A stretch of 61,476 bases of DNA, filler included. It is 8 parts of 8 records of this genome, joined end to end, with 100 filler letters (N's around TTAATTAATTAA, not from the genome) between each part and the next. Parts side by side here need not be neighbours in the genome. Positions count along the whole stretch, not along the records: positions 31,249 to 44,587 come from SRR31156797_27984; 7 more parts are not named here. One strand, written 5' to 3'. This document shows positions 31,249-41,359 of the stretch, piece by piece. The notes beneath the pieces were generated by a model. That model did no database searches. It worked only from the letters and a program-made list of their open reading frames with translations, and was not told the DNA's origin. Position 1 is the stretch's first letter; every line of letters starts with the position of its first letter. A program made the translations under genes and the position numbers.

Positions 31249-31322
31249 CGGAGGCGTAGCCTAGCTACGGTGAGGATTAAACAAAGCCCGAAAAATGTGC
31301 AGATGGCCCGCTATCGCAAGCC
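31249..31322. repeat. Probable half of a palindromic extragenic repeat cut by the contig edge
   Basis: Central hairpin CGTAGC-CTA-GCTACG (31255-31269) followed by an arm AAAAATGTGCAGATGGCCCGCTATCGCAAGCC; lies at an assembly break just downstream of a gene. Confidence 0.45.
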
Positions 31323-31335
31323 GAGTAACAAAGCA

Positions 31336-32265
31336 TTACGCCATGAAGTCGCGTGCCCAACGAACGAGATTGATGGCAATCAGAAGTGCACCTTCCCAAC
31401 GGGAAACCCGCCAGCCAGTGCGCAACAGGATCAGGACCAATCCGACCATACCGACTAGCACGATAAGACCACTGGAGGCTTCTGGTGAAACAGGCAGCGG
31501 CTTGAGTAGGCAGGTCAGGCCAAGCACTCCGGCAAAGTTAAAAAAGTCGGACCCAATGAGATTGCCGAGCAACATCTCGTTCTTGCCTTTGACCGAAGCA
31601 GCCAGACAAGTGACGAGTTCTGGCAGGCTGGTTCCGGCGGCGACGATAGTCACCCCGATAACCCACGACGACACTCCGAGCGATGTGGCAATGGATGTGG
31701 CCGCAGACACCATAAGATGACCGCCCATGGCAATGGCTGCGAATCCACCGATAAGCAGCACATAATCCAGCCATTTCACGGACCGGTCCTTGAGCTCTTC
31801 CAACTCATCTTCACCCGGCGACTCGCGCTTCATGCCCAAATAAACAAGGTAACTGACAAGCAAAGCCATCAACCCGGCACCAAACCAACGTCCAAGCTCA
31901 CCCACAAAGGACACCGCAAGGATACCGGCAGTGGTCAGAAACAGCAGCAGGCCGTCGCGATAGACGATTGTTCTGTTAGACACCAGGGGCTTTATCACGG
32001 CCATAAGGCCAAGGATAAATCCGAGATTGAATATGTTGGACCCCACCACATTGGACAGGGAAATATCGTTGTGCCCACGGAACGCGGCATTCATGGTCAC
32101 AAGAAATTCCGGCGCCGAAGTCCCGAGTGCCACAATAGTCAGACCGATAACCAGTTCGGACACGTTGTATTTTCGGGCGATAAGGGCAGCCGAGGTCACG
32201 ATCCAGTTAGCGCCAAACCAAAGCAGAACTGCGGCAGCGCAAAAAGTGATGATGTCTATGGTCAT
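31336..32265 (-). CDS. Calcium/sodium antiporter (CaCA, YrbG-like)
   Basis: Two alpha repeats: GTSAPE..NVVGSN and GTSLPE..NLIGSD. Confidence 0.93.
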   Translation of the reverse strand: MTIDIITFCAAAVLLWFGANWIVTSAALIARKYNVSELVIGLTIVALGTSAPEFLVTMNAAFRGHNDISLSNVVGSNIFNLGFILGLMAVIKPLVSNRTIVYRDGLLLFLTTAGILAVSFVGELGRWFGAGLMALLVSYLVYLGMKRESPGEDELEELKDRSVKWLDYVLLIGGFAAIAMGGHLMVSAATSIATSLGVSSWVIGVTIVAAGTSLPELVTCLAASVKGKNEMLLGNLIGSDFFNFAGVLGLTCLLKPLPVSPEASSGLIVLVGMVGLVLILLRTGWRVSRWEGALLIAINLVRWARDFMA

Positions 32266-32301
32266 TAAATATGTGTATGCTATGCGAATGAATGGGGCAA
32301 G

Positions 32302-33366
32302 CTAGGCTTCGGAATCAGCCTGAGTCTTTTTCCATTCCTTCACGATTTCGGGTTTGGGTTCTGCCCACTCAAGGATGCTCTCACGAGTCGGTGCGATCTT
32401 AACGACTTCACTGGACTTTCCACGCTTAACCGTCACACCGATTTTCTCACCTGTCGCTTCGAAATGCTTTCGAGCCTTGCCGGAATAGGAAGCCATCAGA
32501 GCGGCCGCATCATGCACAGCTTCAGTGCTCCAATCTCCTGCCACAGGACGTCCTACAGCAAGCGGTCCGGGGAAATTCACGACTTTGAAAACATAGTCGG
32601 CAGGTTCAATACAGGCTTCGATTTGCTGATTATCTTCTGCGGTGCGACCAAAGGTCAGCCAATTGGTTCCGGCCCAATACTGACGACCGGCACGGGCCAA
32701 AGAAAAATCAGTGGCAGACGGACGCTCGCGGTGCATGAGCAACTTGACAAACCGTCCGGCACCGGAGGCCTCGGTCAGACAACACCCGCCGCCGGGGGTC
32801 GGAATCTCGGTGAATCCATACTGCTCGGCCAATGCATACTGCGGCTTGCGACCACGCCCGGACCAATCAAGAAGACGCTCTCGGTCTACCAAACCAGATT
32901 CTTCCATGGGGGTAGGGTTCAAATTCTTCGCACTCAAAGGCCGAAGCAACACGTCGCGGACATGTGCTCGTTTGGTGATAAGATTCAAAGCATCGGCCCG
33001 CTGACTCATGGGTCGCTGGCCCACCACTTCTCCGGAAATAAGGAACTTCGCACCGTATTCGGGCAACAGCTTCACCGCATGCGAAAGCATGGTAATCTTG
33101 CAGTCGATGCACGGGTTAAGCCACTTGCCAAACCCTTGAGAAGGACCGTCGAGCATCATATCGACATACTTCTGCCGGATATCCACTTCCACGGCATCAA
33201 TACCGTAATGTTCCTTCCAAAAAGGGATCAATTCCGGTTTACCAAAAAAGGGCGTGACAAAGTGCAAACCGAGCACAGTCAATCCCTGGTCCATCACGGT
33301 CCGTATAGCCAGAATCGAATCCAAGCCGCCGGACAACAGCGCAAGCGCGTCGTAGTGTTTATTCAT
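32302..33366 (-). CDS. PP-loop tRNA thiolation-type protein (ThiI/MnmA-like)
   Basis: SGGLDS PP-loop, NPCIDCK, GEVVGQRPMSQ, GGGCCLTE; start uncertain (33366-33387). Confidence 0.78.
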   Translation of the reverse strand: MNKHYDALALLSGGLDSILAIRTVMDQGLTVLGLHFVTPFFGKPELIPFWKEHYGIDAVEVDIRQKYVDMMLDGPSQGFGKWLNPCIDCKITMLSHAVKLLPEYGAKFLISGEVVGQRPMSQRADALNLITKRAHVRDVLLRPLSAKNLNPTPMEESGLVDRERLLDWSGRGRKPQYALAEQYGFTEIPTPGGGCCLTEASGAGRFVKLLMHRERPSATDFSLARAGRQYWAGTNWLTFGRTAEDNQQIEACIEPADYVFKVVNFPGPLAVGRPVAGDWSTEAVHDAAALMASYSGKARKHFEATGEKIGVTVKRGKSSEVVKIAPTRESILEWAEPKPEIVKEWKKTQADSEA

Positions 33367-33621
33367 ATCCGCCATGGATGCGACCACTATGTTAGATCGG
33401 TGACAAGGGCAAGAATTTTACGAACCACTGCCCATCCAGCCTGTTGAGTCAATCAACAACATGAAAGCCATAACACTTGTATCGACCTGTTATCAAACGA
33501 CAAACACCTGCCAACATGAAACTTTTTCACCTTATATATGATTGTTGCCCACCACACGCGTATCTGGTATTTGAACATGTTGCTCAATTGTTGCCGCCTG
33601 TAAATCCCGGAGGATGAATAC

Positions 33622-34668
33622 ATGGCACGAAAAGCCGTTGATCCTGAAGTTCTGCGCAAAGAGGCGCTCGGCACTGCCCTGACTACCATTGAACGCAAGT
33701 TCGGCAAAGGCTCGATCATGCGTATGGACGGCGAAGCGTCCCACTCCATACCCGCTATCCCGACCGGTTCCATCGGTTTGGACATGGCATTGGGTATTGG
33801 TGGCGTACCACGCGGTCGCGTCATAGAAATTTATGGCCCGGAATCCTCGGGTAAAACCACACTGGCCCTGCACATCATTGCTCAGGCCCAGAAAGCTGGC
33901 GGCAATGCCGCATTTATTGATGCCGAGCATGCTCTGGACCCCGGCTATGCGAAACGACTGGGCGTCAAGACCGACGACCTGCTCATTTCCCAGCCAGATT
34001 ACGGCGAACAGGCTCTTGAAATCGCCGACCTGCTCGTACGATCCAGCGCGCTGGACGTTGTGGTCATCGACTCCGTCGCCGCACTCATTCCGCAGGCCGA
34101 ACTCGAAGGCCAGATGGGTGAAACGCAGGTGGGCGGTCAGGCTCGACTCATGTCCCACGCGCTCAGAAAGCTGACCGGCACCATCCACAAGTCCAACTGT
34201 GTCGTTATCTTTATCAACCAGATTCGCATGAAGATCGGCATGACCGGCTACGGCAACCCGGAGACAACGTCTGGCGGTAATGCACTCAAATTCTACGCCT
34301 CCTGCCGTCTCGACATCCGCCGCATCCAGACCTTGAAGGACAAGGACGAAGCATACGGCATCCGTGCCCGTATCAAGGTCGTCAAGAACAAGGTCGCTCC
34401 GCCCTTCCGTCAGGCATTGGTTGACGTATTGTACGGCCAAGGCATCAGCCGCATGGGTGAGTTGATCGACATGGGTGTAGAGCACGGTATTATCGAAAAA
34501 TCCGGTTCATGGTTTGCCTATGGCTCCGAGAAACTCGGACAGGGCAAAGAAAATGTCCGTCAATTATTGCAGGATAACCCTGATATCGCCGAGTCCATTG
34601 AAGAGAAACTGATGACTCATCTCGGATATCGGGACGAAGTTGAAGAAGCCGGAGACGCCGGCAAATAA
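33622..34668 (+). CDS. recA: Recombinase RecA
   Basis: [43 protein letters not shown]. Confidence 0.99.
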   Translation: MARKAVDPEVLRKEALGTALTTIERKFGKGSIMRMDGEASHSIPAIPTGSIGLDMALGIGGVPRGRVIEIYGPESSGKTTLALHIIAQAQKAGGNAAFIDAEHALDPGYAKRLGVKTDDLLISQPDYGEQALEIADLLVRSSALDVVVIDSVAALIPQAELEGQMGETQVGGQARLMSHALRKLTGTIHKSNCVVIFINQIRMKIGMTGYGNPETTSGGNALKFYASCRLDIRRIQTLKDKDEAYGIRARIKVVKNKVAPPFRQALVDVLYGQGISRMGELIDMGVEHGIIEKSGSWFAYGSEKLGQGKENVRQLLQDNPDIAESIEEKLMTHLGYRDEVEEAGDAGK

Positions 34669-34683
34669 AGTGTTTTTAGCCCG

Positions 34684-34723
34684 GATAAAACGCCTCGGGT
34701 CCGTGTCCCGAGGCGTTTTTATC
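34684..34723 (+). terminator. Intrinsic terminator after recA
   Basis: AAAACGCCTCGGG/CCCGAGGCGTTTT stem. Confidence 0.85.
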
Positions 34724-34752
34724 TGGAAATCATTTTTTGGAGAATTTGCGAG

Positions 34753-37392
34753 ATGAAAGCCAACGAAATTCGTCAACGGTTCCTTGAATACTTCGAGAAG
34801 AACGGCCACGCCATAGTGGAATCTTCACCGCTGACCCCCAAGGACGACCCGACCCTGCTCTTCACCAATGCGGGCATGGTCCAGTTCAAAAAACTATTCC
34901 TGGGCCAGGAAAAACGTGACTACAACCGCGCTACCACTTCGCAAAAATGTCTGCGCGTGGGCGGCAAGCACAACGATCTGGAGAACGTGGGCCGCACCGC
35001 ACGCCACCACACATTTTTCGAAATGCTCGGCAACTTCTCCTTTGGCGACTACTTCAAGGAAGACGCCATCAAGTTCTGCTGGGAGTTTCTCACCGAAGAG
35101 CTAAAGCTCGACAAAGAACGCCTCTATATTACTATATATAAAGATGACGACGAAGCAGGCGAACTGTGGAAAAAGGTCGCAGGCGTTCCAGAAGAACGTA
35201 TTTTCAAATTGGGCGAAAAGGACAACTTCTGGTCCATGGGCGACACCGGTCCCTGTGGTCCCTGCTCCGAGGTCCATTTCGACCAGGGCGAAGAAGTTGG
35301 CTGCGGTCCGAACTGTGGTATCGGAAAATGCGACTGTGACCGCTATCTTGAAATCTGGAACCTCGTGTTCATGCAGTACGATCAAGCCGAAGACGGCACT
35401 CGCACCGATCTGCCCCGCCCGTCCATTGACACCGGCATGGGGCTTGAGCGCATCGCTGCCGTAGCACAGGGCGTAGCCTCCAACTATGAGACCGACCTGT
35501 TCCAGTCCATCATCCAGTACACCGCTGATCTTGCTGGCGTGAAATACCGCCAATCCGAAGAGATCGACACCGCGCTTCAGGTCATCGCCGATCACTCTCG
35601 CGCCATCGCCTTCCTGATCCCGGATCAGGTCCTCCCGTCCAATGAAGGACGCGGATACATTTTGCGCCGCCTTATTCGCCGTGCCTACCGCTTCGGCAAA
35701 CTCATGGGCCTTAAGGGTTCCTTCCTCTGGAAGACCGCTTCCAAAGTCGTTGACGACATGGGTGGTCATTACAAGGAACTGGAAGAAACCCGCGACTTCA
35801 TGATCGAAGTGGTCAAGGGTGAAGAAGAGGGCTTTGCCAAGACTTTGGACAAGGGCCTTGAAATGCTCGAAGAAGAACTGGCCGAACTCAAAAAAGCCAA
35901 GGTCTCCATCGTTCCCGGCGAGACTACCTTCAAACTTTACGACACCTACGGTTTCCCCATCGACATCGTGCGCGATATCGCTGAACAGCACGGTATGGGT
36001 GTTGATGAAACCGAATTCGACAAATTCATGCAGGAGCAGAAAAAGCGCTCCAAGGCCGCATGGAAAGGTTCCGGCGAAAAAGATGTCGCCTCCACCTTCC
36101 AGACACTCCTGGAACAGGAAGTCACCTCTGAATTCTCCGGCTACGAAACCATGGCCGACCAGTCCGACATCGCCTACCTGCTCACTCTTGACGGCGAAGT
36201 GGTTGATACGCTGCCCGAAGGCGCAACCGGCTGGATGGTCGCCAAATCCACACCATTCTATGGTGAATCCGGCGGTCAGACTGGCGACACCGGTTCCATT
36301 GCCGCATCCGGCGGCAAGGCCGATGTTCTCGAAACAGTGAAGCCGTCACAAAAACTGACCGCGCACAAAGTGACCGTTACCGAAGGATCATTTGCCACGG
36401 GTGACACGGCGTTCTTCAATGTTGACCGCTCTCAACGTCTGGCCACCATGCGTAACCACACAGTAACCCACCTGCTCCATGCCGCCCTGCAAAAAGTTCT
36501 GGGCGACCATGCAAAACAGGCAGGTTCACTTGTCGGCCCGGATCGTCTGCGCTTTGACTTCACACACATCAAAGGGTTGTCCCATGAGGAACTCGCCGAA
36601 GTCGAAGCCATCGTAAACCAAAATATACTCGACGCCATCCCGGTGGACCGCTCGGTCATGAGCATCAAAGACGCTCAGGCCAAAGGAGCAACGGCTCTGT
36701 TCGGTGAAAAATACGGGGATACCGTTTCCATCATCGAAGTTCCGGGGGTATCCATGGAATTCTGCGGTGGTACACATTTGGATAACACCGGCATTGCCGG
36801 GACATTCGTTATCACCTCCGAAGCCGGAGTCGCCGCAGGCATCCGTCGCATCGAGGCAGCCACCGGACACAACGCCGTGGGCTACCTCAACGAACGCCGT
36901 GAAGCCGTTGCCGAAGCTGGCGCTATGCTGAAAGCCCAACCCGCCGATCTGCCCAAAAAGATCAAAGACCTTCAGAAGCAGGTCAAAGACATGGGCAAGG
37001 AGATGAAATCCTTGCAAGCCAAGCTCGCATCCGGCGCAGGCCGCGATATGATGGGTGAGATTGAAGAAATCAACGGCGTAAAAGTTTTGGCTATTGAACT
37101 GGAAGCCCCGAACATGGGAGTCATGCTGGAACAAATGGACGCCCTGCGCTCCAAAGTGGATTCCGGTGTCATCTGCCTCGTGGCAGCCCACGACGAAGGC
37201 AAAGTCTCGGTCGCACTCGCGGTAACCAAAGACCTGCACGACCGGTTCAAGGCTGGCGACCTGATCAAACAGGTAGCCGGTGAAGTCGGCGGTGGAGGCG
37301 GAGGCCGTCCCGATCTGGCCCGCGCAGGCGGCTCAAACGCCGCAGGTATCCCCAATGCCATTGCCAAAATCAAAGAACTGATCGCGGGATAG
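34753..37392 (+). CDS. alaS: Alanine-tRNA ligase
   Basis: [35 protein letters not shown], editing HxxxH and CGGTH, GGGGGG DHHA1 tail. Confidence 0.99.
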   Translation: MKANEIRQRFLEYFEKNGHAIVESSPLTPKDDPTLLFTNAGMVQFKKLFLGQEKRDYNRATTSQKCLRVGGKHNDLENVGRTARHHTFFEMLGNFSFGDYFKEDAIKFCWEFLTEELKLDKERLYITIYKDDDEAGELWKKVAGVPEERIFKLGEKDNFWSMGDTGPCGPCSEVHFDQGEEVGCGPNCGIGKCDCDRYLEIWNLVFMQYDQAEDGTRTDLPRPSIDTGMGLERIAAVAQGVASNYETDLFQSIIQYTADLAGVKYRQSEEIDTALQVIADHSRAIAFLIPDQVLPSNEGRGYILRRLIRRAYRFGKLMGLKGSFLWKTASKVVDDMGGHYKELEETRDFMIEVVKGEEEGFAKTLDKGLEMLEEELAELKKAKVSIVPGETTFKLYDTYGFPIDIVRDIAEQHGMGVDETEFDKFMQEQKKRSKAAWKGSGEKDVASTFQTLLEQEVTSEFSGYETMADQSDIAYLLTLDGEVVDTLPEGATGWMVAKSTPFYGESGGQTGDTGSIAASGGKADVLETVKPSQKLTAHKVTVTEGSFATGDTAFFNVDRSQRLATMRNHTVTHLLHAALQKVLGDHAKQAGSLVGPDRLRFDFTHIKGLSHEELAEVEAIVNQNILDAIPVDRSVMSIKDAQAKGATALFGEKYGDTVSIIEVPGVSMEFCGGTHLDNTGIAGTFVITSEAGVAAGIRRIEAATGHNAVGYLNERREAVAEAGAMLKAQPADLPKKIKDLQKQVKDMGKEMKSLQAKLASGAGRDMMGEIEEINGVKVLAIELEAPNMGVMLEQMDALRSKVDSGVICLVAAHDEGKVSVALAVTKDLHDRFKAGDLIKQVAGEVGGGGGGRPDLARAGGSNAAGIPNAIAKIKELIAG

Positions 37393-37403
37393 CGACACTA
37401 ATC

Positions 37404-37442
37404 AAAAAAAGCCCCTCACGTCCTTTGATGTGAGGGGTTTTA
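37404..37442. terminator. Bidirectional terminator between alaS and a small convergent ORF
   Basis: A7-GCCCCTCAC/GTGAGGGGT-TTT. Confidence 0.85.
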
Positions 37443-37445
37443 TCT

Positions 37446-37574
37446 TTATAAGTTAGCTGAGCTATCTAGCATAATCAGAGTGACATCATGTGCCGGTTCA
37501 ACTTCATGATGGCAACCAGCTACAACACCGACAAGCATGACGAGTACGGCTGCGCACAACAGAATTCTTTTCAT
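37446..37574 (-). CDS. 42-aa putative lipoprotein (not in ORF track)
   Basis: MKRILLCAAVLVMLVGVVAG-CHHEVEPAHDVTLIMLDSSANL*; lipobox VAGC, GAGGA RBS, stop immediately before the terminator. Confidence 0.65.
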   Translation of the reverse strand: MKRILLCAAVLVMLVGVVAGCHHEVEPAHDVTLIMLDSSANL

Positions 37575-37823
37575 AGGATTTCCTCACTTAATTTTGTTGA
37601 ACCATACCACGCAGACCTCGGTAACACAAAACAGATGTTGGAAAAGGCTCACTTATCCCCCTTGGCGACCCGAAGCAGAAAAAACTTGTCACTTGACGTG
37701 ATCTATGGCACAAGCATCCTCCCGGTTAGAAGAACCGGCGTGTTTGGGACACCCCCGTTACAAATGTTCCTAACACGCTCGACCTTCTGATCGCGCGATT
37801 ATAAATTATACGTTGCATGAGGG

Positions 37824-37852
37824 TTGACATGCGCATTTCATATGCGTAGAAG
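37824..37852 (+). promoter_or_regulatory. Sigma70-type promoter of rplM-rpsI
   Basis: TTGACA, 17 nt, TAGAAG, upstream of the AAGGAG RBS. Confidence 0.55.
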
Positions 37853-37884
37853 TCCCCCTCTTAGTTTGCGCAAGGAGCAATTTT

Positions 37885-38313
37885 ATGAAGACATATAGCC
37901 CGAAGCCGGAAGACGCGAACCGTGAATGGTTCATCGTCGACGCCACGGACAAGATTCTGGGCCGTCTGTGCACCGAGATCACCAATCGTCTGCGCGGCAA
38001 GCACAAGCCTGAATTCGCCCACCACATGGACATGGGTGACTTCGTGATTGTCATCAACGCCGACAAGATCAAGGTCACTGGCCAGAAGCTGGACAAAAAG
38101 ATGTACTACAAGCACACCAACCATCCCGGTGGTCTGAAAGAAAAGACCCTCCGCGAGATGTTGGCCATCAAGCCTGAGAACGTCATCACCGCCGCTGTCA
38201 AAGGCATGCTGCCCAAAAACCGCATTGCCGCTCAGCAGATCAAGAAGCTGAAGGTCTACGCAGGTTCCGAGCATCCGCACGCAGCCCAGGCTCCCAAACC
38301 TTTGGATATTTAA
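37885..38313 (+). CDS. rplM: 50S ribosomal protein L13
   Basis: [36 protein letters not shown]. Confidence 0.99.
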   Translation: MKTYSPKPEDANREWFIVDATDKILGRLCTEITNRLRGKHKPEFAHHMDMGDFVIVINADKIKVTGQKLDKKMYYKHTNHPGGLKEKTLREMLAIKPENVITAAVKGMLPKNRIAAQQIKKLKVYAGSEHPHAAQAPKPLDI

Positions 38314-38325
38314 TCGGGGATTATC

Positions 38326-38715
38326 ATGAGCGATTTCACTTACAGCACTGGTAAAAGAAAAAACGCCATCTCCCGTACCCGCCTTTATGCTGGTACCGGG
38401 CAGATCACCGTTAACGGTCGTCCTTTCGAGGATTACTTCCCCCGCAAGACCCTGCAGATGGTTGTTCAGCAGCCCCTGAAGCTGGTCAAGATGCTCGATA
38501 AGTACGACATCAAGGCCAACTGCTCTGGCGGCGGCGTATCCGGTCAGGCCGAGGCTCTACGCCACGGCATTTCCCGCGCCCTCTGCGAGATCGACCCTGA
38601 ACTGCGCTCCATTCTGAAGCCCGCCGGTCTCCTGACCCGCGATGCTCGTAAGAAAGAGCGTAAAAAGTACGGTCTCCGCGGCGCCCGCGCCAGCTTCCAG
38701 TTCTCCAAGCGTTAA
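38326..38715 (+). CDS. rpsI: 30S ribosomal protein S9
   Basis: [35 protein letters not shown]. Confidence 0.99.
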   Translation: MSDFTYSTGKRKNAISRTRLYAGTGQITVNGRPFEDYFPRKTLQMVVQQPLKLVKMLDKYDIKANCSGGGVSGQAEALRHGISRALCEIDPELRSILKPAGLLTRDARKKERKKYGLRGARASFQFSKR

Positions 38716-38741
38716 GCCGAGAATCGGAATACAAGACTATC

Positions 38742-38774
38742 AAAGGTCGGTACCCCATTGGGTGCCGACCTTTT
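38742..38774 (+). terminator. Intrinsic terminator after rpsI
   Basis: AAAGGTCGGTACCC/GGGTGCCGACCTTTT. Confidence 0.85.
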
Positions 38775-38947
38775 CGCGTGGAATCACACATCGAGTTCCA
38801 TCAACCTTTTCTCTCTCCCTCCTCATCGACAACGCACACCCGCCATGGGTGTCCTCTGGACACCAACCTTACCTATATTTGGGACAAAAAAGAGCAGAGA
38901 CAAAATCACTGCTCATGTTTTCAACAAGTAAGAACACGATCAAGTGG

Positions 38948-39481
38948 TCATTCAACAAGCGCTTCCTTGTCACGAAGCACAGGTTCAACTCCGCTTCCGT
39001 CCTTTTTCCGAATCCCGACTTGGGTAATGCCGTATACAAGTCGTTCAGGTTCTTCTCGCACCACCTGATCCAATTCCGGGGTCACGGGCGTCATGGAAGT
39101 TATAACCCCACCATTTTCGCTTATAGTGACGAACACACGATCTCCAGACTGAGGATAGAAATACGTATCCCCACCCACCATGGCATTGCTTCGCTGATCT
39201 TCCGTGTCGATAGATTTACATTTGCCAACAAATAGATCAGGGACATCAGGCTCAAGAGCGTACTCAAGCGTAAACGAGACGTTTTTGGTCGTATACCTTT
39301 CACCCACCAGTGTCGTTTTCACATCAACAATGGTGGCGATAGCTTTGATTTTCGAATCGCTCGATGCCTTTGCATACACTCCTGGCGGCATAAGAGCTGA
39401 AGAGGGAACCACCGACAAGACCAGAAGCAGGGCACACAACCCGAGTGCGGCACATGGATATTTTGAGGAATAACTCTGCAT
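38948..39481 (-). CDS. Hypothetical exported protein
   Basis: AGGAG RBS before ATG 39481; signal peptide ending PSSA; beta-rich mature region. Confidence 0.7.
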   Translation of the reverse strand: MQSYSSKYPCAALGLCALLLVLSVVPSSALMPPGVYAKASSDSKIKAIATIVDVKTTLVGERYTTKNVSFTLEYALEPDVPDLFVGKCKSIDTEDQRSNAMVGGDTYFYPQSGDRVFVTISENGGVITSMTPVTPELDQVVREEPERLVYGITQVGIRKKDGSGVEPVLRDKEALVE

Positions 39482-39611
39482 TTTTTCTCTCCTTTCTGCC
39501 TTGCCTGATACCACATTCCGTCATTTTGCAGAACAGAGAAAAAACGTCCAGATTATAATATGGATTCGTCCCTTGCCCAATCCCGGTGTTTGACATTAGG
39601 ATGCCTCCATT

Positions 39612-40874
39612 ATGTCATCCAAGAAAAAACCACAGCCAAAGATGCTGTTTGCGACTCCGGAAGGTGAAATATTCGACCATCCAGATCTTTTACTCATGAT
39701 CCGTCGTGGCGACGAATTCGGCCTGCCAAGACCTGATGAAATCACCCCGCTCCCCGCAGAATCCGAATTCTTCATGCTGCCCGGTCGTCACGCCATGGGC
39801 TATAACCCGGAAACGGGACAAGCCGAAGTCATGGAAGAACTGGCCGTGGCCGCATTTGCTTGTCCGGGTCACACGCTCACCGGCGTTGCGGCTTACGACT
39901 TAGACGACGATGCGCCAATCCTGCCTTTGCTCTCATATGGCGGCATTGGATTTGCTGACGGCAAGTTCTGGGTCTGCGCCAAAAAGGTAGACGACGACAA
40001 ACGACAAGTGTTCAAGCACATTCCGCCAGATCGAGTGGAAGCTGGAGCGCACCAACTTATTTCGGAAATGCCGGAAAATCGATTGGTCAACCATCTGGCA
40101 GGTTGTGCCTTGACCAGCGGTTGTCCTGCAGCCAAGAACCTCGCATTAGGCCGCTTTGAATGTCCTCTGCCCACGGCACAGTCATGCAACGCCCAATGCG
40201 TCGGGTGCATTTCAAAACAGCCCGAAGACTCCGGATTCCCATCCCCGCAATGCCGTATCAGCTTCACGCCCACGGCCAAGGAAATCGTGCAGATCATGCG
40301 CCGCCACGAATCCCGTGAACGCCGCCCCATCTTTTCCTTTGGGCAGGGGTGCGAAGGCGAACCGCTCACTGAAGCTGAACTCATCTGTGATGCGATCAAG
40401 GAATATCGATCTGACGGAGGGTCCGGCACCGTCAACGTGAACACCAACGGGTCACGCCACATGGTCATTCCCGCCCTCAAGGTGGCCGGAGTGAACTCCA
40501 TCCGCGTCAGCCTGAACTCAGCGCGTAAAGGCCCATATGAGGCGTACTACCGTCCCAAGGGCTACACCTTTGAAGATGTCCGTGAAACCATTGCCAAAGC
40601 CCATGAGGTCGGCATGTTCGTGTCATTGAACCTTCTCTTCTTCCCTGGTATTACCGATACCGAAGAAGAATTCGACGCATTGGTTGAACTGGGCGAATCA
40701 TGCAAATACGACTTTGTTCAGTTGCGCAACCTCAACCTCGACCCAGACCTATACATGCGGTTGATGAAACCCTTCGGGCACTCCCCAAGCATGGGCTTTA
40801 TGAACTTCAAGAAACGGCTTAAAAAGGCTCTCCCGTGGATTGAATACGGATATTTCAATCCGTATCTGGGATAA
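39612..40874 (+). CDS. Uncharacterised radical SAM protein
   Basis: CNAQCVGC (CxxxCxxC), SFGQGCEGEP, NVNTNG, RVSLNS. Confidence 0.88.
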   Translation: MSSKKKPQPKMLFATPEGEIFDHPDLLLMIRRGDEFGLPRPDEITPLPAESEFFMLPGRHAMGYNPETGQAEVMEELAVAAFACPGHTLTGVAAYDLDDDAPILPLLSYGGIGFADGKFWVCAKKVDDDKRQVFKHIPPDRVEAGAHQLISEMPENRLVNHLAGCALTSGCPAAKNLALGRFECPLPTAQSCNAQCVGCISKQPEDSGFPSPQCRISFTPTAKEIVQIMRRHESRERRPIFSFGQGCEGEPLTEAELICDAIKEYRSDGGSGTVNVNTNGSRHMVIPALKVAGVNSIRVSLNSARKGPYEAYYRPKGYTFEDVRETIAKAHEVGMFVSLNLLFFPGITDTEEEFDALVELGESCKYDFVQLRNLNLDPDLYMRLMKPFGHSPSMGFMNFKKRLKKALPWIEYGYFNPYLG

Positions 40875-40892
40875 CCATTACACCGAAAGGAT

Positions 40893-40930
40893 AAAAGCCG
40901 CCCTCCATAGAGAGGGCGGCTTTTTTATTT
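40893..40930. terminator. Bidirectional terminator
   Basis: AAAAGCCGCCCTC/GAGGGCGGCTTTT between convergent genes. Confidence 0.88.
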
Positions 40931-40941
40931 TCATCAAGTTG

Positions 40942-41359
40942 TCATTTCAATTGCGTCGGATATTCCTTTTTTATCCACGCAGCCCATCCACCTTTCAGAG
41001 CATAGACGTTCTCATGACCGGCTTTGATCAAAGCCTGCGCCGCCCGGGCGCTGGTGTATTCATTATATCAGGCGCAATAAAGAACAACCGTCTTACCTTG
41101 AGGCACATTCGCTATCCACGAAGTGTCATCGTGCGGTTTACGAACTGCATTCTTGATCATGACACTCGCTTTTGCCCCAATCACGGCCTCGACGGACATC
41201 AATAATCATCAATCCATCGGAATCGATCATCTCCGCCAGTTGTTCCACCTCCATGCGGGGAATATTGTCACCGGCACTTGCACTCGGCACATTTTCAACC
41301 AAACACACAAATCCCAGCATGAAAGCCAATGTCATCAACAACATTTTTCGCTGAATCAT
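40942..41359 (-). CDS. Exported rhodanese-domain selenoprotein (CxU), interrupted by a +1 frameshift near 41161-41164
   Basis: Signal peptide and IIDVRRGRDWGKSE, then in the next frame MIKNAVRK..KTVVLYCA-TGA(41068-41070)-YNEYTSARAAQALIKAGHENVYALKGGWAAWIKKEYPTQLK*. Span is 418 nt = 139 codons + 1. Confidence 0.8.
41037..41051 (-). promoter_or_regulatory. Putative bacterial SECIS hairpin
   Basis: GCGCC-CGGGC-GGCGC stem-loop beginning 16 nt 3' of the in-frame UGA, with G at loop position 2. Confidence 0.65.

Noticed and set aside
33532-34485. 317-aa ORF antisense to recA, and similar long antisense ORFs over alaS, the PP-loop gene, purM and tatD
   Set aside because: Expected from codon bias in GC-rich conserved genes; no independent motifs.
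41138-41359. 73-aa ORF as a complete small protein
   Set aside because: Its tail CHDQECSS is out-of-frame sequence; the rhodanese domain continues in the next frame.
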